Shown here in pieces: positions 1-17,900 of a stretch of 64,000 bases of DNA (within the stretch, counting starts at the first letter, position 1; every line of letters begins with the position of its first letter). The position numbers were made by a program, and so were the translations under genes. Source of the stretch: Blastocatellales bacterium (GTDB lineage Bacteria; Acidobacteriota; Blastocatellia; RBC074); NCBI GenBank assembly GCA_050249535.1, contig JBFWQI010000001.1, positions 149,541 to 213,540 on the forward strand. The letters are read 5' to 3'. Under the pieces are notes generated by a model. It worked only from the letters and a program-made list of their open reading frames with translations. It ran no database searches and was not told where the DNA came from.

Positions 1-1930
1 GCGTGATATTACCGAGCAGAGGTTCGGGGCGGTCGCCGCCGGGCAGCGGCGCGTTGATGTTGCGACCACGCAGCTGATGCGCGCCCCTCCGCCAGGAGTA
101 CTGAGTCATAAGACGAAGATTCCCCGGCAACTGCTGCTGGAGGGCGATCGATGCCTGATAGACGATCGGCATCCGAAGATTCCTCTGGATCGTGATCAGG
201 CTCGGCGGAAGCGTGACTCCCAGACCGCCCGAGAACGGATCGGGATATCCCGGAGCGATGATGATCAGGTCGTTCTGCTGCTGACCGTTGACCCGCAGCG
301 CCTGTTCGATTGTTTCTGCTCCCAGCCAGTCGTAGAAGATTCCGGCCCCGCCCCGGATCGTCGTGTTGCCGCTCTTGACCGGAGACCATGCGAACCCGAA
401 TCGCGGAGCGAAATTGCTTCTGTCGTCGAGGTTAGTCTGAACTTCATGGCGCAGTCCGAAGCTCAGCGTCAGGCTCTTGGCCGCTCGCCAGTCGTCCTGA
501 GCGAACCAGCCGAACTGCGTCTGATTCAGATCGATCTCACCGGGTCCGCTGCGCCGCGTGTAGATGATCGGAAAGCCGATATTGAAATCCCGCAGACTGG
601 AAAAAATGAAGGTGCCGTTAAGATTCAGGAGCTCCTCGCTCTGAAACCGCGTATGCTCGAATGACGCTCCGGCTCGAAGCGAGTGGTTTCCCGCCGCGAA
701 ATCGACATTGTCCGAGAGGATCAGCTCCTGCGCGCGTCGCGTCGAATCGTTCTGAGCTCCGCCGGTATTGAAGGCGTTGAGCACCAGAATAGTCGGCTCG
801 TTCGAGAGCGAGTCGATCGATGTCCGAAACCAACGGGACTGGAACTTGATTTCATTGAACAATCTCCTGCCGAGGTTTCCCGAATCGGCGAAACGCAGCA
901 GTTCCTCCTCGGAGTCGCTCGTGTATCCGCGCTCGGGCAGATCGAAATTGCCGACACCCAGGTTGTTGCGTCGTGCTGTATTGCGCTGGAACTCGAAGCG
1001 CGAGGTGTGCGACGGGCGCAGCAGGTGTTCGAGCCGCGCCGTCGCGTTGAGCGTTCGTCCGGGCTGCCTGGCCTGCTCGAGGAATGTTCCGCCCGGCAGT
1101 GCGGCGACGATCGTTCTCGCCTCGAACGAGTTCTGACCGTCGGCCGACAGGAAGAGCGATGTCCTGTTTTTCCAGATCGGACCGCCGAGATCGAATGCGA
1201 AACGGCGGTGCTGCTCCGGCGCGCGATACGAGGCGAAGGCGTTGCGTCCGTTGAGCGATTCGTCGCGGAAGCCGAGGTTGATGCTTCCGTGCCACGCATC
1301 GACTCCCGGTTTGGTCAGGATGTCGACGCTCATGAAAGATGATCCGTGGCTCTCCGCGGCATAGGCATTGGTCCTGAATCGGATCTCGCGGATCTGGTTC
1401 TTCGGCGGCAGACGGCCGCCTCGAAATCCGTTGACGCTGAATGACGCTCCGGGGCCGGCCATCTGCCTGATCGCTTCCTCGAACTCGTCCGGATCGTCGG
1501 GCAACATTGCGATCTGCTCGGCCGATAATACGGTCGAAAAAGCGCTCCCGTGTCGATCGGTGCTCGATTCGCGCGGATCCCGCTCGATTGCAACCTCATC
1601 CTGGACCGCGGCGATCGCCAGTCTTATCTCCTGCCGGTTCTCGCCCGGCCTGATCGCGATCGGCCCCAGGCTCGTGGACTCGAAACCCGGCGCCGCCGCC
1701 TCGATCCTGACTTCACCGGTTTTGATTCCCCTGAATGTTGCCTGTCCGCTGCTGTTCGTCCTCGATGTCAGCTTCGTTCCAGCCAGCTTCACCTCCGCAT
1801 TCGGGATGGCCGCTCCGCTTGGATCCAGCACGGTCACGTTCAGTACGGCCTCCTGCGCCGGCCGGTTTTGAGCGACGACCGGAACGGTCACGAGAACAAA
1901 CATCGATAAAATTGAAAAAAATGTCTTCAT
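1..1930 (-). CDS. TonB-dependent receptor-like outer-membrane protein with an N-terminal carboxypeptidase-regulatory-like domain. It is partial: the C-terminus runs off the window start.
   Basis: I translated the minus strand from the ATG at 1930-1928. The product begins [68 protein letters not shown], which is a signal peptide followed by a CarbopepD_reg-like beta-sandwich. The frame stays open to position 1; I spot-checked the segment [13 protein letters not shown]. The gene is absent from the ORF track only because there is no stop codon inside the window. It resembles the complete paralog at 44675-48613. Confidence 0.65.
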   Translation of the reverse strand, partial: MKTFFSILSMFVLVTVPVVAQNRPAQEAVLNVTVLDPSGAAIPNAEVKLAGTKLTSRTNSSGQATFRGIKTGEVRIEAAAPGFESTSLGPIAIRPGENRQEIRLAIAAVQDEVAIERDPRESSTDRHGSAFSTVLSAEQIAMLPDDPDEFEEAIRQMAGPGASFSVNGFRGGRLPPKNQIREIRFRTNAYAAESHGSSFMSVDILTKPGVDAWHGSINLGFRDESLNGRNAFASYRAPEQHRRFAFDLGGPIWKNRTSLFLSADGQNSFEARTIVAALPGGTFLEQARQPGRTLNATARLEHLLRPSHTSRFEFQRNTARRNNLGVGNFDLPERGYTSDSEEELLRFADSGNLGRRLFNEIKFQSRWFRTSIDSLSNEPTILVLNAFNTGGAQNDSTRRAQELILSDNVDFAAGNHSLRAGASFEHTRFQSEELLNLNGTFIFSSLRDFNIGFPIIYTRRSGPGEIDLNQTQFGWFAQDDWRAAKSLTLSFGLRHEVQTNLDDRSNFAPRFGFAWSPVKSGNTTIRGGAGIFYDWLGAETIEQALRVNGQQQNDLIIIAPGYPDPFSGGLGVTLPPSLITIQRNLRMPIVYQASIALQQQLPGNLRLMTQYSWRRGAHQLRGRNINAPLPGGDRPEPLLGNIT

Positions 1931-1932
1931 CG

Positions 1933-2355
1933 CTAATCGATCTCTGAGTTCCCGGATTCCGGCTGGGCGCGGATCCCGATGATCCCGTGCGGGGCCGCGG
2001 AATCGACAGACATATTGAACCGGACCTTCATCCCCTCGTTCTTCGTCTCGGCGATGACCGTGATCTCATACTCCTCGGATGCCGCCACGCTGATCACCTT
2101 CAGCCCTCCCGACTGCTGATAGAAACCGAGGTCCTTCTCAGCATTCTCTTCGCTCCCGCCCCGGTCCCTGTGAAAAGCCTTCATCTTATTGATATCGCCT
2201 GAATTCAGGGCTTCGAGAAAGGCTGTGAAGGTCTTTCCGGCTGCCGTGGAGGGGATCGTGGCTTCGTTCTGCGCACCGGTAACCTTCGTTCCGACCATGA
2301 CGATCAAAGTCAGAGCGGCTGCAATGGTCATCGCATGTGCGATCAGTCGTTTCAT
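1933..2355 (-). CDS. Small secreted hypothetical protein (140 aa) directly upstream of the TonB-receptor gene and probably co-transcribed with it.
   Basis: The N-terminus is a signal peptide ([29 protein letters not shown]). The stop codon is 3 nt from the receptor start. I recognise no domain. Confidence 0.45.
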   Translation of the reverse strand: MKRLIAHAMTIAAALTLIVMVGTKVTGAQNEATIPSTAAGKTFTAFLEALNSGDINKMKAFHRDRGGSEENAEKDLGFYQQSGGLKVISVAASEEYEITVIAETKNEGMKVRFNMSVDSAAPHGIIGIRAQPESGNSEID

Positions 2356-2376
2356 ATGTTTATCTCCTTCTCTTGT

Positions 2377-2657
2377 GTAACTACCCAGCTCACAGAGGGG
2401 AAAAGAAGAAATTAGACAGGATTTACAGGGTTAAGTCAGAGGGTATTGAGGCCCGTATTCACCGGCAAATGTACTTCGACTTTTTTTCGAACTCATTTTA
2501 TCCGTAACTGCTCAGCCTGTTCTGAGCCCGCTCCGCGGGCTTGCCCTCCAACGGAGGCTGTGCAGTTACTTTTATCCTTTGGTTTAATCCTGTAAATCCT
2601 GTCAAATCCTGTAAATCCTGTCTAATTTCTTCTTTCCTCCGAGGGCTGAGCAGTTAC
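2377..2657. mobile_element. MITE-like non-autonomous element, copy A (281 bp). It has about 70-bp imperfect terminal inverted repeats that begin GTAACTRCTCAGCC, with subterminal CAGGATTTA/GACAGGATTT tandem units. It is degenerate relative to copy B.
   Basis: The left arm is gtaactacccagctcacagaggggaaaagaagaaattagacaggatttacagg. The right arm is ...cctgtaaatcctgtcaaatcctgtaaatcctgtctaatttcttctttcctccgagggctgagcagttac, which is its reverse complement. A second copy lies at 32276-32498. The flanking 8-mers are tctcttgt and tcacctgt (6 of 8 match). The element is AT-rich and non-coding in a GC-rich genome. Confidence 0.55.
2504..2569. mobile_element. Nested 66-bp mini-MITE with the same termini (GTAACTGCTCAGCC...GGCTGTGCAGTTAC). 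It is inserted inside MITE copy A and flanked by a perfect 8-bp target-site duplication, TTTTATCC.
   Basis: Copy B reads cattttatccttgg at the homologous position. Copy A reads cattttatcc[66 bp]ttttatcctttgg. The direct repeat ttttatcc lies at 2496-2503 and 2570-2577. Confidence 0.5.
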
Positions 2658-2710
2658 TCACCTGTCAGTGTTATTTCAGATCGTCGCCCGCCGTTCAGGC
2701 CTTGCGACGA

Positions 2711-3607
2711 TCACTTCTTGACGAACTTTTCGGGTTTGAATTTCGGGTTGATCTCGATCTTTTTGATCTCCCATTCCTCGTTTGTCTCGCCCGCGATGCT
2801 GCGCGTCAGGCGGTGAGGAAAAGTGATTCCGCCGACTTCACGGAAATCGTCCAGAAACATCTGATATTCCACTTCCGGTTCCTTCGCGGCCTCGGCCTCG
2901 GACTCCCTGATGCTCTTTTCGATCTCTTCGCGCGAGCGGGCCGGTCCGGTCATGGTCCGTGAAATCATCCTCGGCTTTCGCCCCTGCCAGGTCATCATCA
3001 GCAGCCGATTCGACTTCTGTTCGATGAAGAGCCGGGTGTTGATGCCGAAGGAGCTGTTGACATTGATCACGTCGGCGTTTCCATCGGGCGATTCGGCCAC
3101 CCCGGCAAAGCTGTATTCGACGGGGATGTTTTCGGGTGTCCTGAGCAGCCAGCCGAGTATCAGGCGACCGAAATCGGTCTTCAATGAATTGAGTCTGATC
3201 TGCTCGCCGTTCGGTGAGTCGTCTCCGGGACGTTTGATCATGATCATCGCGCCGCCGGTTCCGCTGGTCTGCTGATCTGCCCAGGTGCTGTCGCCGACCA
3301 GGGCCTCGAGGCGGGTGAACTCGATGCCGGGCATCGGAGCCATCGTCTCAGTTCGCAGGATGCGATCCGGCAGTTGAAGGTCGATCTGGACCTCGCCGCT
3401 CATGTCGCGTCCGCCCATCATCCTGCGGTATCCAGCGATGACGCTCAGTCCGGCGATCGACTCGACCTTTTTGCCGCCGATCGCCGCCCGCGCTTTCGCC
3501 AGAATCTCGATGGCTTTCGTTTTCGGGTCCTGTGCCAGAGCCCCGGGCAGGATTTCGGTCACGGCAAATCCTGCCAGAAGAATTATCATCAGAATTTTCT
3601 CTCTCAT
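2711..3607 (-). CDS. Secreted hypothetical protein (298 aa) with an N-terminal signal peptide.
   Basis: The complete ORF begins [28 protein letters not shown] recognise no domain. Its N-terminus and 5' region are duplicated at about 7030-7270. Confidence 0.55.
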   Translation of the reverse strand: MREKILMIILLAGFAVTEILPGALAQDPKTKAIEILAKARAAIGGKKVESIAGLSVIAGYRRMMGGRDMSGEVQIDLQLPDRILRTETMAPMPGIEFTRLEALVGDSTWADQQTSGTGGAMIMIKRPGDDSPNGEQIRLNSLKTDFGRLILGWLLRTPENIPVEYSFAGVAESPDGNADVINVNSSFGINTRLFIEQKSNRLLMMTWQGRKPRMISRTMTGPARSREEIEKSIRESEAEAAKEPEVEYQMFLDDFREVGGITFPHRLTRSIAGETNEEWEIKKIEINPKFKPEKFVKK

Positions 3608-4081
3608 CTTTTCTCCAGTCTGATCGATTGCCGGCGAATTGCCGCCGTGTGGGAGGGATCATCTCTCAGAATACTACCCGAATGGTTAAGGCGGAGAAAA
3701 GAGATTGTTAAGGATGTAAAATTTCGATTTTTTTAATCGGATCGAGATAATTTCTATCAGTACCTCACTTCCACATCAAAATAAAAACATACGCCATCGA
3801 AACAGGTAACACCTTGGAGAGTCCATGGAATGACAATTGCCTCGTGTCATGTAAGAGGCCATAAACTGGGGAAATTTCCTGCTTGGGGCGTGAAATACCG
3901 CCAATTACTCAGGCCAAGTGGAAAATCAGCCAATTTATCCTAGCTTAAAACAACACTGTAATTTTCATGTTTGCTCAACGGATCAATATGTCTGAGTCGC
4001 GGAGAGAGAAGGGGTCCGGGATCCTGACTGAAAATCCCAAAAAGTCATGGATGGCACTCAAAAGAGGCCGGAGGAGGTTTT

Positions 4082-6949
4082 ATGAGTTATCGAGGGATGC
4101 TGAAATTGGCGGCTCCGATCAGTTTTTTGTTGATGCTGATGGCAGTTTTTCTACGGGTGAACTCAGCCCTGGCGCAAAATTCGACGATTCCGCCCGGCAC
4201 CTATACGGCGGTGGCGAGCGATATGGTGATCACCGCACTTGCCCAGCCCGGGGAATACCGGATCACATTAAAGGAGGACGGCAAATTTGTATACGGTTAT
4301 AACGTTCGCACTCTGAGCACGGGAATTTATGCGGTAAACGGGGACAATCTGGAATTCACCATGACCTGGGGAATTGGTGATTGCGCGGGCAAGAGCGTCT
4401 TCAAGTGGAGTCTGCAGGGAAACAGACTGAGCCTCGCGCCCGCGCCCGGCCAGACCTATTCCTGCCAGCTCATTCCGTGGCTGTCGGGGGCTTACTTCAA
4501 GACCGATCAGGTGGATAAGCTTTGGAAGAACATCGGCCCGACGGGCGGCAACATCCGTTCGCTGCTGGTCAAGGACACCAAAATATTCGCAGGAACTTAT
4601 GGGGGCGGCATTTTTTCGTCGGCCGATCAGGGGCAGAGCTGGAATGTCAAGGGGACATACAGAGGCGGTACGATCACGGCTCTGGCGGCGTTCAACGGCA
4701 ATCTGTACGCTGGAACCGAAAACAATATTATTCTGATTTCTCTGGATGAAGGCGAGACGTGGCAATTTCAGCAATGGTCGACAGGGGGGGCTCCGCCCAA
4801 CTTCACGCTATCGGATTTCGCCGAATTCAATGGAAAGCTCTATGCCGCGACGAGAGGGCAGGGCGTTATTCGTCTGACCGATAATCCGATTGTCTGGGAG
4901 AATTCCGGTACCACCGGCCTGACCGACCTGAACGCCACTTCGCTGGTGGTTGCGGGTGGGATGCTGTATGTGGGCACCGACGGCGGGGGAGTCTTTGTCT
5001 CCACGGATGGCAATATCTGGGCGCCGGCCAGCAACGGGATCACCTTCCCGCGCATTTCGACGCTGGCGGTGAGTGGCAATACAATTTATGCCGGCACTTC
5101 AGCAGGCACCCCCGCTACCAATGAAGTCTATTACACCCAGAACAACGGGCAGAACTGGACGCGCGTGGGGAACGGTCTGGCCGCCAGCTTTCAGGCGGGA
5201 TATCAGAACCAGGTATACGACCTGCTGCCGTTCGGAGGAAAGCTCTTTGCGGCCTCATCCAACGGAGTGATCGTCAATGAAGGGGCGAACTGGCGCGCGG
5301 TTTATCAGGGGACTTTCATCCCTTACTTTTATTCCCTGGCCGTGAGCGGGAACCAGATTTTCGCCGGCTCAGGCGGGTTTGGTAATGATGGCATATCCCG
5401 CTCGAGCGACGGCGGTACGACATGGAGCCAGGTCAACAATGGTCTCTATGCACGGAATGTCTCGGCGGTTCTAAAGGACAATGGCGTGCTGTACGTTGGA
5501 GTAAATGATGGGGCTTTCATCTCGACCAATGACGGTCAGACCTGGACGCGGACCAACATTCCCGGCCCGACGGTAGCTAACTTCCTGGCCTTTGACGGCA
5601 AGGTCCTGGCCGGAACGACATTCGGAGTCTATTCCAGCTCCAACCAGGGGCAGTCCTGGACGCGGACGAGCAACGGACTGGCATCGGGACAGGTCAATCG
5701 AATCGTTCCGCTGGGAAACACGCTTTTCGCATCGGTCTATAATGCGGGCGTTTATCGTTCGACCGACAGCGGGGCGAACTGGACATCGGCCAATAACGGC
5801 CTCGCCAGTCCGAAGGTCTGGGACCTGGTTGCAATGAACGGCAATCTGTTCGTCTCGACACTGGATTCCGGAGTATTGAGATCGACTGATCAGGGACAGA
5901 GTTGGTCGGCGGCGCCGAACAGCGGGCTGCCGTCAGGCCAGATTCAGGCGATGGCTGTGAGCGGCAACATCCTTTTCGCAGCCGTTATGGAGCAGGGCAT
6001 CTATTATTCGATCGATAATGGAGGCGCCTGGGTGAAATCCACCGGTGGGTTCAGTAATCCGTATGTGGCCCGACTTCATGTGAGTGGCGGAAATATATAT
6101 GCAGCCGGCGGCTTCGGGATCGGGGTCATGCGTTCGACCGACAACGGTCAGAACTGGGGGTTATACAATGCCGGCTTCGATTCGGGTTACGGCCTCGCAC
6201 TTTTCGTCAGCGGGTCGACGCTCTACGCCGGGGGATTGAATGGTCTTTACGCCAGTACATGCCTGGTCAATCCTGAGGTGACGGTCTCGGCCGCAGATTA
6301 CTCCGTGGGTTCGATCGTCGAGAAATCGATCGTGGCCGCCTATGGAGTCCAGCTGGCGACAGGGATCGAGATTGCAACTTCGCAGCCGCTGCCGACCTCG
6401 CTTGCGGGAACGACCGTCAAGGTCCGCGACAGCAATGGCGTCGAACGCCTGGCGCCGTTGTTCTATGTTTCACCGGACCAGATCAATTATGAAGTCCCGG
6501 CTGGAACGGCCACCGGGCCTGCGACTGTAATGATCTTGAATGGAGACGGCTTTGCGGCGATCGGCAGCATGCATGTCAAATTGTCGGCGCCTACGATCTT
6601 CACAAACAATTACAGTGGTTCGGGACCTGCCGCAGCGCTCGATGCCTTCACATATGCGCCCGGCCCGTTCAACGCCACTCAATCAAACGGGCAGCCCAAT
6701 ATCCTGGCGGTTTTCGGGACGGGGCTTGGAGGCGACGCCACCGAAGTCTCGGGCGATGTCAGCGGCAGCGTCACTACGCGGCTCAACGGGAATGTGATTG
6801 TTACGGCGTATGCCGGGAACGCTCCGGGATATGTCGGCCTCAACCAGTACAACATAATTCTGCCCGAGGGGATCGGCACCGGCACCTATTCACTGACGTT
6901 CGCGCGAGGAGGCGTCACAAGCAACACGGTTACGATTTCAATCCGTTGA
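4082..6949 (+). CDS. Secreted BNR/Asp-box (sortilin/GH74-like) repeat protein with a C-terminal Solibacter-type domain (Soli_cterm), 955 aa.
   Basis: A GGAGG ribosome-binding site sits 6 nt upstream. There is a signal peptide. More than 10 S-x-D-x-G-x-T/S-W Asp-box motifs are present (SADQGQSW, SLDEGETW, TQNNGQNW, SSDGGTTW, STNDGQTW, SSNQGQSW, STDSGANW, STDQGQSW, SIDNGGAW, STDNGQNW). The C-terminal 250 aa (VSAADYSVGSIVEKSIVAAYG...PLFYVSPDQINYEVPAGTATG...) matches the C-terminus of the 2089-aa protein at 14931-21200. I recall this pattern as the TIGR-defined Soli_cterm domain of Solibacter. Confidence 0.75.
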   Translation: MSYRGMLKLAAPISFLLMLMAVFLRVNSALAQNSTIPPGTYTAVASDMVITALAQPGEYRITLKEDGKFVYGYNVRTLSTGIYAVNGDNLEFTMTWGIGDCAGKSVFKWSLQGNRLSLAPAPGQTYSCQLIPWLSGAYFKTDQVDKLWKNIGPTGGNIRSLLVKDTKIFAGTYGGGIFSSADQGQSWNVKGTYRGGTITALAAFNGNLYAGTENNIILISLDEGETWQFQQWSTGGAPPNFTLSDFAEFNGKLYAATRGQGVIRLTDNPIVWENSGTTGLTDLNATSLVVAGGMLYVGTDGGGVFVSTDGNIWAPASNGITFPRISTLAVSGNTIYAGTSAGTPATNEVYYTQNNGQNWTRVGNGLAASFQAGYQNQVYDLLPFGGKLFAASSNGVIVNEGANWRAVYQGTFIPYFYSLAVSGNQIFAGSGGFGNDGISRSSDGGTTWSQVNNGLYARNVSAVLKDNGVLYVGVNDGAFISTNDGQTWTRTNIPGPTVANFLAFDGKVLAGTTFGVYSSSNQGQSWTRTSNGLASGQVNRIVPLGNTLFASVYNAGVYRSTDSGANWTSANNGLASPKVWDLVAMNGNLFVSTLDSGVLRSTDQGQSWSAAPNSGLPSGQIQAMAVSGNILFAAVMEQGIYYSIDNGGAWVKSTGGFSNPYVARLHVSGGNIYAAGGFGIGVMRSTDNGQNWGLYNAGFDSGYGLALFVSGSTLYAGGLNGLYASTCLVNPEVTVSAADYSVGSIVEKSIVAAYGVQLATGIEIATSQPLPTSLAGTTVKVRDSNGVERLAPLFYVSPDQINYEVPAGTATGPATVMILNGDGFAAIGSMHVKLSAPTIFTNNYSGSGPAAALDAFTYAPGPFNATQSNGQPNILAVFGTGLGGDATEVSGDVSGSVTTRLNGNVIVTAYAGNAPGYVGLNQYNIILPEGIGTGTYSLTFARGGVTSNTVTISIR

Positions 6950-7164
6950 AATTGTGACCGGCTCAATTTCGTTACCTGATTCAAGGGCAGGGCCATCTGG
7001 TTAAGACCAGATGGCCTTGCCTTTCCTGTTTCTCCGATCGCCGCCGGCAGCTTGCAGGCTATCTCGGCCGCCTTCGATTTCGGGTTTTGATCCAGATTGC
7101 CGGGCAGGATTTCGATCACAGTGAATCCGGCCTGAATACATGTTTTCAGTATTTTCTCTCGCAT
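6886..7164 (-). pseudogene. Remnant N-terminal fragment of a paralog of the 2711-3607 gene. About 50 codons are conserved before the sequence diverges, and the promoter-proximal DNA is duplicated.
   Basis: MREKILKTCIQAGFTVIEILPGNLDQNPKSKAAEIACKLPAAIGE aligns with [45 protein letters not shown]. At DNA level, 7020-7215 is about 75% identical to 3440-3640, and the shared motif ttgttaaggatgtaaaattt occurs at 3700-3720 and 7262-7281. The remainder of the ORF has no similarity. Confidence 0.4.
6988..7030 (+). terminator. Rho-independent terminator-like hairpin after the BNR gene.
   Basis: The sequence is agggccatctgg-ttaaga-ccagatggcct followed by the T-rich tract tgcctttcctgtttc. It lies 40 nt past the stop codon. 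Confidence 0.4.
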
Positions 7165-7365
7165 CTTTTCTCCAGCTTGATCAATTGACAGCGAAATATA
7201 GCCGTTCATGAGGAGCATCTCACTGAACTTTATCTGAACGGTAAAAACCTGGGGCAGATTTTGTTAAGGATGTAAAATTTGCAGCGGACGGGAAACGGCG
7301 CCGAATCGCTGTGGTATGATGCGCGGGTCGAGGGGCCCTGAAGAGCCCGGAAATCGCGGTGAATT

Positions 7366-9949
<2,584 letters not shown>

Positions 9950-10075
9950 GCATGGAGTCCCGCATGGAGTCCCGTATGGAGTCCCGACATAAGGCGGGGT
10001 ATTCAGTGATCAAACGAAGCTCTCATTGATAACCAAATAACCCGCCTGAATTCGGGACTCCATACGGGACTCCTT
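9950..10075. repeat. Nested inverted repeat built from 12-bp YATGGAGTCCCG tandem units, immediately after the response-regulator stop codon.
   Basis: The sequence reads gcatggagtcccgcatggagtcccgtatggagtcccg ... cccgcctgaattcgggactccatacgggactcc. The outer stem is about 21 bp and the inner stem aggcggg/cccgcct encloses a loop of about 50 nt. Confidence 0.5.
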
Positions 10076-10433
10076 TTCGAGCTCCTCGATGAATCGATCG
10101 ACGGTCAGTTCGGCCAGGGATTCGTCCGGAGTTGTGAGAAGGCAAAGTGAAGTTCCGTCCCCGGGGCTGACGCAGGATCTGAAGAGTCCCGTTCCATACT
10201 CTCTGATGACGCAGGCAATCCATCCTTTCCGGTCGGCCATAATAATCGTCCTTTCCATTTTTCATCCCTTGATCTGTCTGAGTGAAGTTCGCTTATCTCA
10301 AGACGCCAGAAGGCGACCGAAGTTTCAAAATATTGCCGACGTCGGAGCCGGACTTCTCATTCCAATCTCATCTGTTTTGATTTAGCATGGCTCGGAAAAA
10401 AATCACTCTTGAGTCCATCCCTCGAAAGGAGAA

Positions 10434-12641
<2,208 letters not shown>

Positions 12642-12673
12642 AAATATGGCTCAACTGCTATAATTGCCATTGT

Positions 12674-14860
<2,187 letters not shown>

Positions 14861-14930
14861 AACCGCATATTTTCAGTCCACCCCGGGAAGTAAACTTCAT
14901 TCTCATCCCCATAAGATCAGGAGATAGTCA

Positions 14931-17900
14931 ATGTCATACCGTCATTATGCCTGGGTTCTGTTGATACTGTTGTCGCCGGCAGTGGTGAATGGCGTCTCGG
15001 TTCTGGCGGAATTTCAGGAAGAGAGGGACCGCGGGGCGGGGCGGCCGGCTATGGAAGGATCGCCGGTCGCACGGCGACGTGACGAGCGAAGGAAGGTCAA
15101 GTCTCCGCCGAAACGACGGCTGTCGGAAATCCTGACGGGGCAGGTCGAGCCGGGAGAGAGGCCGCGAACAGATACCGGGCCCGGCGATGCGAACCGTGTG
15201 AACCGGCTGATGGAAAAGGCTGAAGCGCGTTATGACCAGCCACGTGAGGCGATGGAGTTCTTCAGGCTCAAGCGACTGCCGGAGGGGATGAAGAATATTC
15301 CGATCGAAAAGTATCTCGAAGCGGGCGAGCGGATGAAGGGCATGGCGCGATACTCGTCGCTGCTCGATCGCAAGATGGGCGCGGAAGAGTCGCTGAATCT
15401 GACCGCCGGGGGCGCTCAGGCGGGCGCCTGGCAGTCTCTCGGGCCGGGAAACATCGGCGGGCGGACGCGGGCTCTGGTGATCAACCCGCAGAATCCCAAT
15501 GTCATGTACTCAGCGGGCGTTTCGGGCGGTGTCTGGAAGACGGTCAATGCAGGCGCGACGTGGACGCCGATCGCGGATCTGGTTGGCAACATCACTGTCA
15601 GCTCGATCGCCATGGAGCCGGGAAGTCCCGATACGCTCTACATCGGCACCGGCGAGGGAGTGGCGATCTTTTCGCGCGATACCCAGGGCGATTTCAGGGG
15701 CGCCGGAATTCTGAAGACGACCGACGGCGGTCAGACGTGGACCAGACTCGAGTCAACCGCCGGCGAAGACTTCCATTTCGTCAACGATCTGGTCATCAGC
15801 CCCGTCGACAAGAACCGGATCTATGCCGCAACCAGATCCGGGATCTGGCGCTCGACGGATGCGGGCGTCTCGTGGACGAATATCCTGACGCCCAGAAACG
15901 ATTTCAACGAGACGGTCACCGGCGGTTGCCTCGACCTGGCGATCAGAACCGATGTCCAGTCCGATTACGTCTTCGCATCGTGCGGGACTTTCGAGAAGGC
16001 TTCCGTCTATCGCAACACTGACGCCTCGGGAGGAGGCCTGTGGACGATTGTTCTGTCGGAGGAGGGGATGGGACGGACGGCGCTGGCGATCTCACCCTCG
16101 AACCAGAGCATCGTATACGCGCTGGCTTCGAGCGTCGAGTTCGGTCCTTACGAGCTGGCGCTGTATGCCGTCTTCAGGTCGGACAACGGCGGCGACGGTT
16201 GGAATGCCGTGCTCCGCAACACGAGCCAGAACAAGCTGAGCACATCGATCCTGTCGATTCCGCAACTGGCGCTCGGCAGCGATTGCGGATCCAGCGAATT
16301 CGACGACTTCTTCGGGCAGGCCTGGTACGATCTGGTGATCGCGGTGGATCCGGTCGATCCCAACCGGGTCTGGGCCGGAGGCATCGACATCTTCCGATCG
16401 GATGACGGCGGTCTGAGCTGGGGGCTGGCCGGGCCGTCATACGCCAACACCAACTTCGATCTGGGGCCGATCCATCCGGATCATCATGTCATCGTCTTTC
16501 ATCCGCAGTATGACGGAACATCGAATCAGATAATGTATGTCGGCAACGACGGCGGGTTGTACCGTACCGACAATGCTCGCGCCGGAGTCGTCCTCAATCC
16601 GGCGGCGATCTGCGGTCCGATCAACCCCGGCGTCAAATGGATGAGCATCAACAACAATTACGGAGTGACGCAGTTCTATCACGGGACGGCGATGCCCGAT
16701 GGGAAGACGTTTTTCGGCGGAACGCAGGATAACGGTACGGTGCTCGGGACGGAATCTGCCGGCATCGACGGGTGGAAGGAGATCAATGGAGGGGACGGAG
16801 GCTTTGTCGCGGTCGATCCGACGGATCCGGCGACACTCTATGCTTCGTTCACCGGTATCTCGTTCAGAAAGAGCACCGACGGCGGATTGTCGTTCGGGAG
16901 CGCGACATACGGCATCGGTTCCGGCGACACGGGATTCTTCATCACGCCGTATGTCATGGATCCGAGCGAGCCCCAGGTTCTGTGGACCGGCGGCGATTAC
17001 ATCTGGCGGACGACCAGCGGCGCGTCGCGATGGGAGCGCGCCAGCGCCCTGACGGCCGGAACGACCAAGGTCAGCGCGATTGCCGTCGCTCCGACAGATT
17101 CCAATCGCGTAATGGTCGGAATGGGCGACGGGTATATTCTGCGAAACCAGTCCGCGCTGACCTCCGATTTCAATACGACCTGGCAGTTTAGCCGGCCGAG
17201 GGACGGCTACGTCTCATCGCTGACCTTCGATCCGCTCAACCGCGACATCGTGTATGCCACATACTCGACCTTCGGCGGGAAGCACGTCTGGCGTTCGATC
17301 GACGGCGGCGTGATCTGGACGAGCATCGACGGCTCAGGAAGCGGTGCGATACCGGATGTGCCGGTTCACTCGCTCGCCGTCGATCTGTCGAACACGTCGC
17401 GACTATACCTGGGCACCGATGTCGGGGTCTTCATCTCGAACGACGGCGGGGCGAACTGGGCCGTCGAGAACACCGGATTCGCCAATGTGATAACCGAGAC
17501 GCTGCAGATCAGAGTCATCAACGGCGTGACGATGCTCTTCGCGTTCACCCACGGGCGCGGAGCATGGCGGGTTCCGATCAACAATTCGGGATGCGGCTAC
17601 AGTCTCTCGAAATCCACGATCAGGGTCGGGGCCGCCGGTACGACGGGCAACTTGAATGTCAGCGCCGCACCCGCCGGGTGTAACTGGATGGCGTCATCCA
17701 ATGCCAACTGGCTGAGCGTCAGCGGTTCGGGCAGCAGCGACGGTGCAGCCGCCTGGTCGGTCGAGGAGAATACGGGCTTCGATTCCCGGACAGGCACCGC
17801 GACCATTGCCGGACGATCGTTCATTGTCATCCAGGACGGGCGAAGGGATGACGCCGTTCCCGTCGTGGCGATCACGTCGCCTTCCGGCGGACCTGTGACC

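Noticed and set aside
77-1342. Plus-strand ORFs 77-664 and 683-1342, and several short minus-strand ORFs in 9-1599.
   Set aside because: They lie opposite or out of frame to the continuous TonB-receptor reading frame (minus strand, frame of the ATG at 1930). The receptor frame has a signal peptide and a CarbopepD_reg domain. These ORFs have no features.
3967-4302. ORF 3967-4302 overlapping the start of the BNR gene.
   Set aside because: It is out of frame with the 955-aa gene, which has a strong GGAGG ribosome-binding site, a signal peptide and clear repeats. It has no features of its own.
10010-10258. 82-aa minus-strand ORF overlapping the GGAGTCCCG hairpin.
   Set aside because: It starts inside the structured repeat. 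It has no ribosome-binding site I could see and no domain, so it is more likely a by-product of the repeat. It remains a possible small protein.
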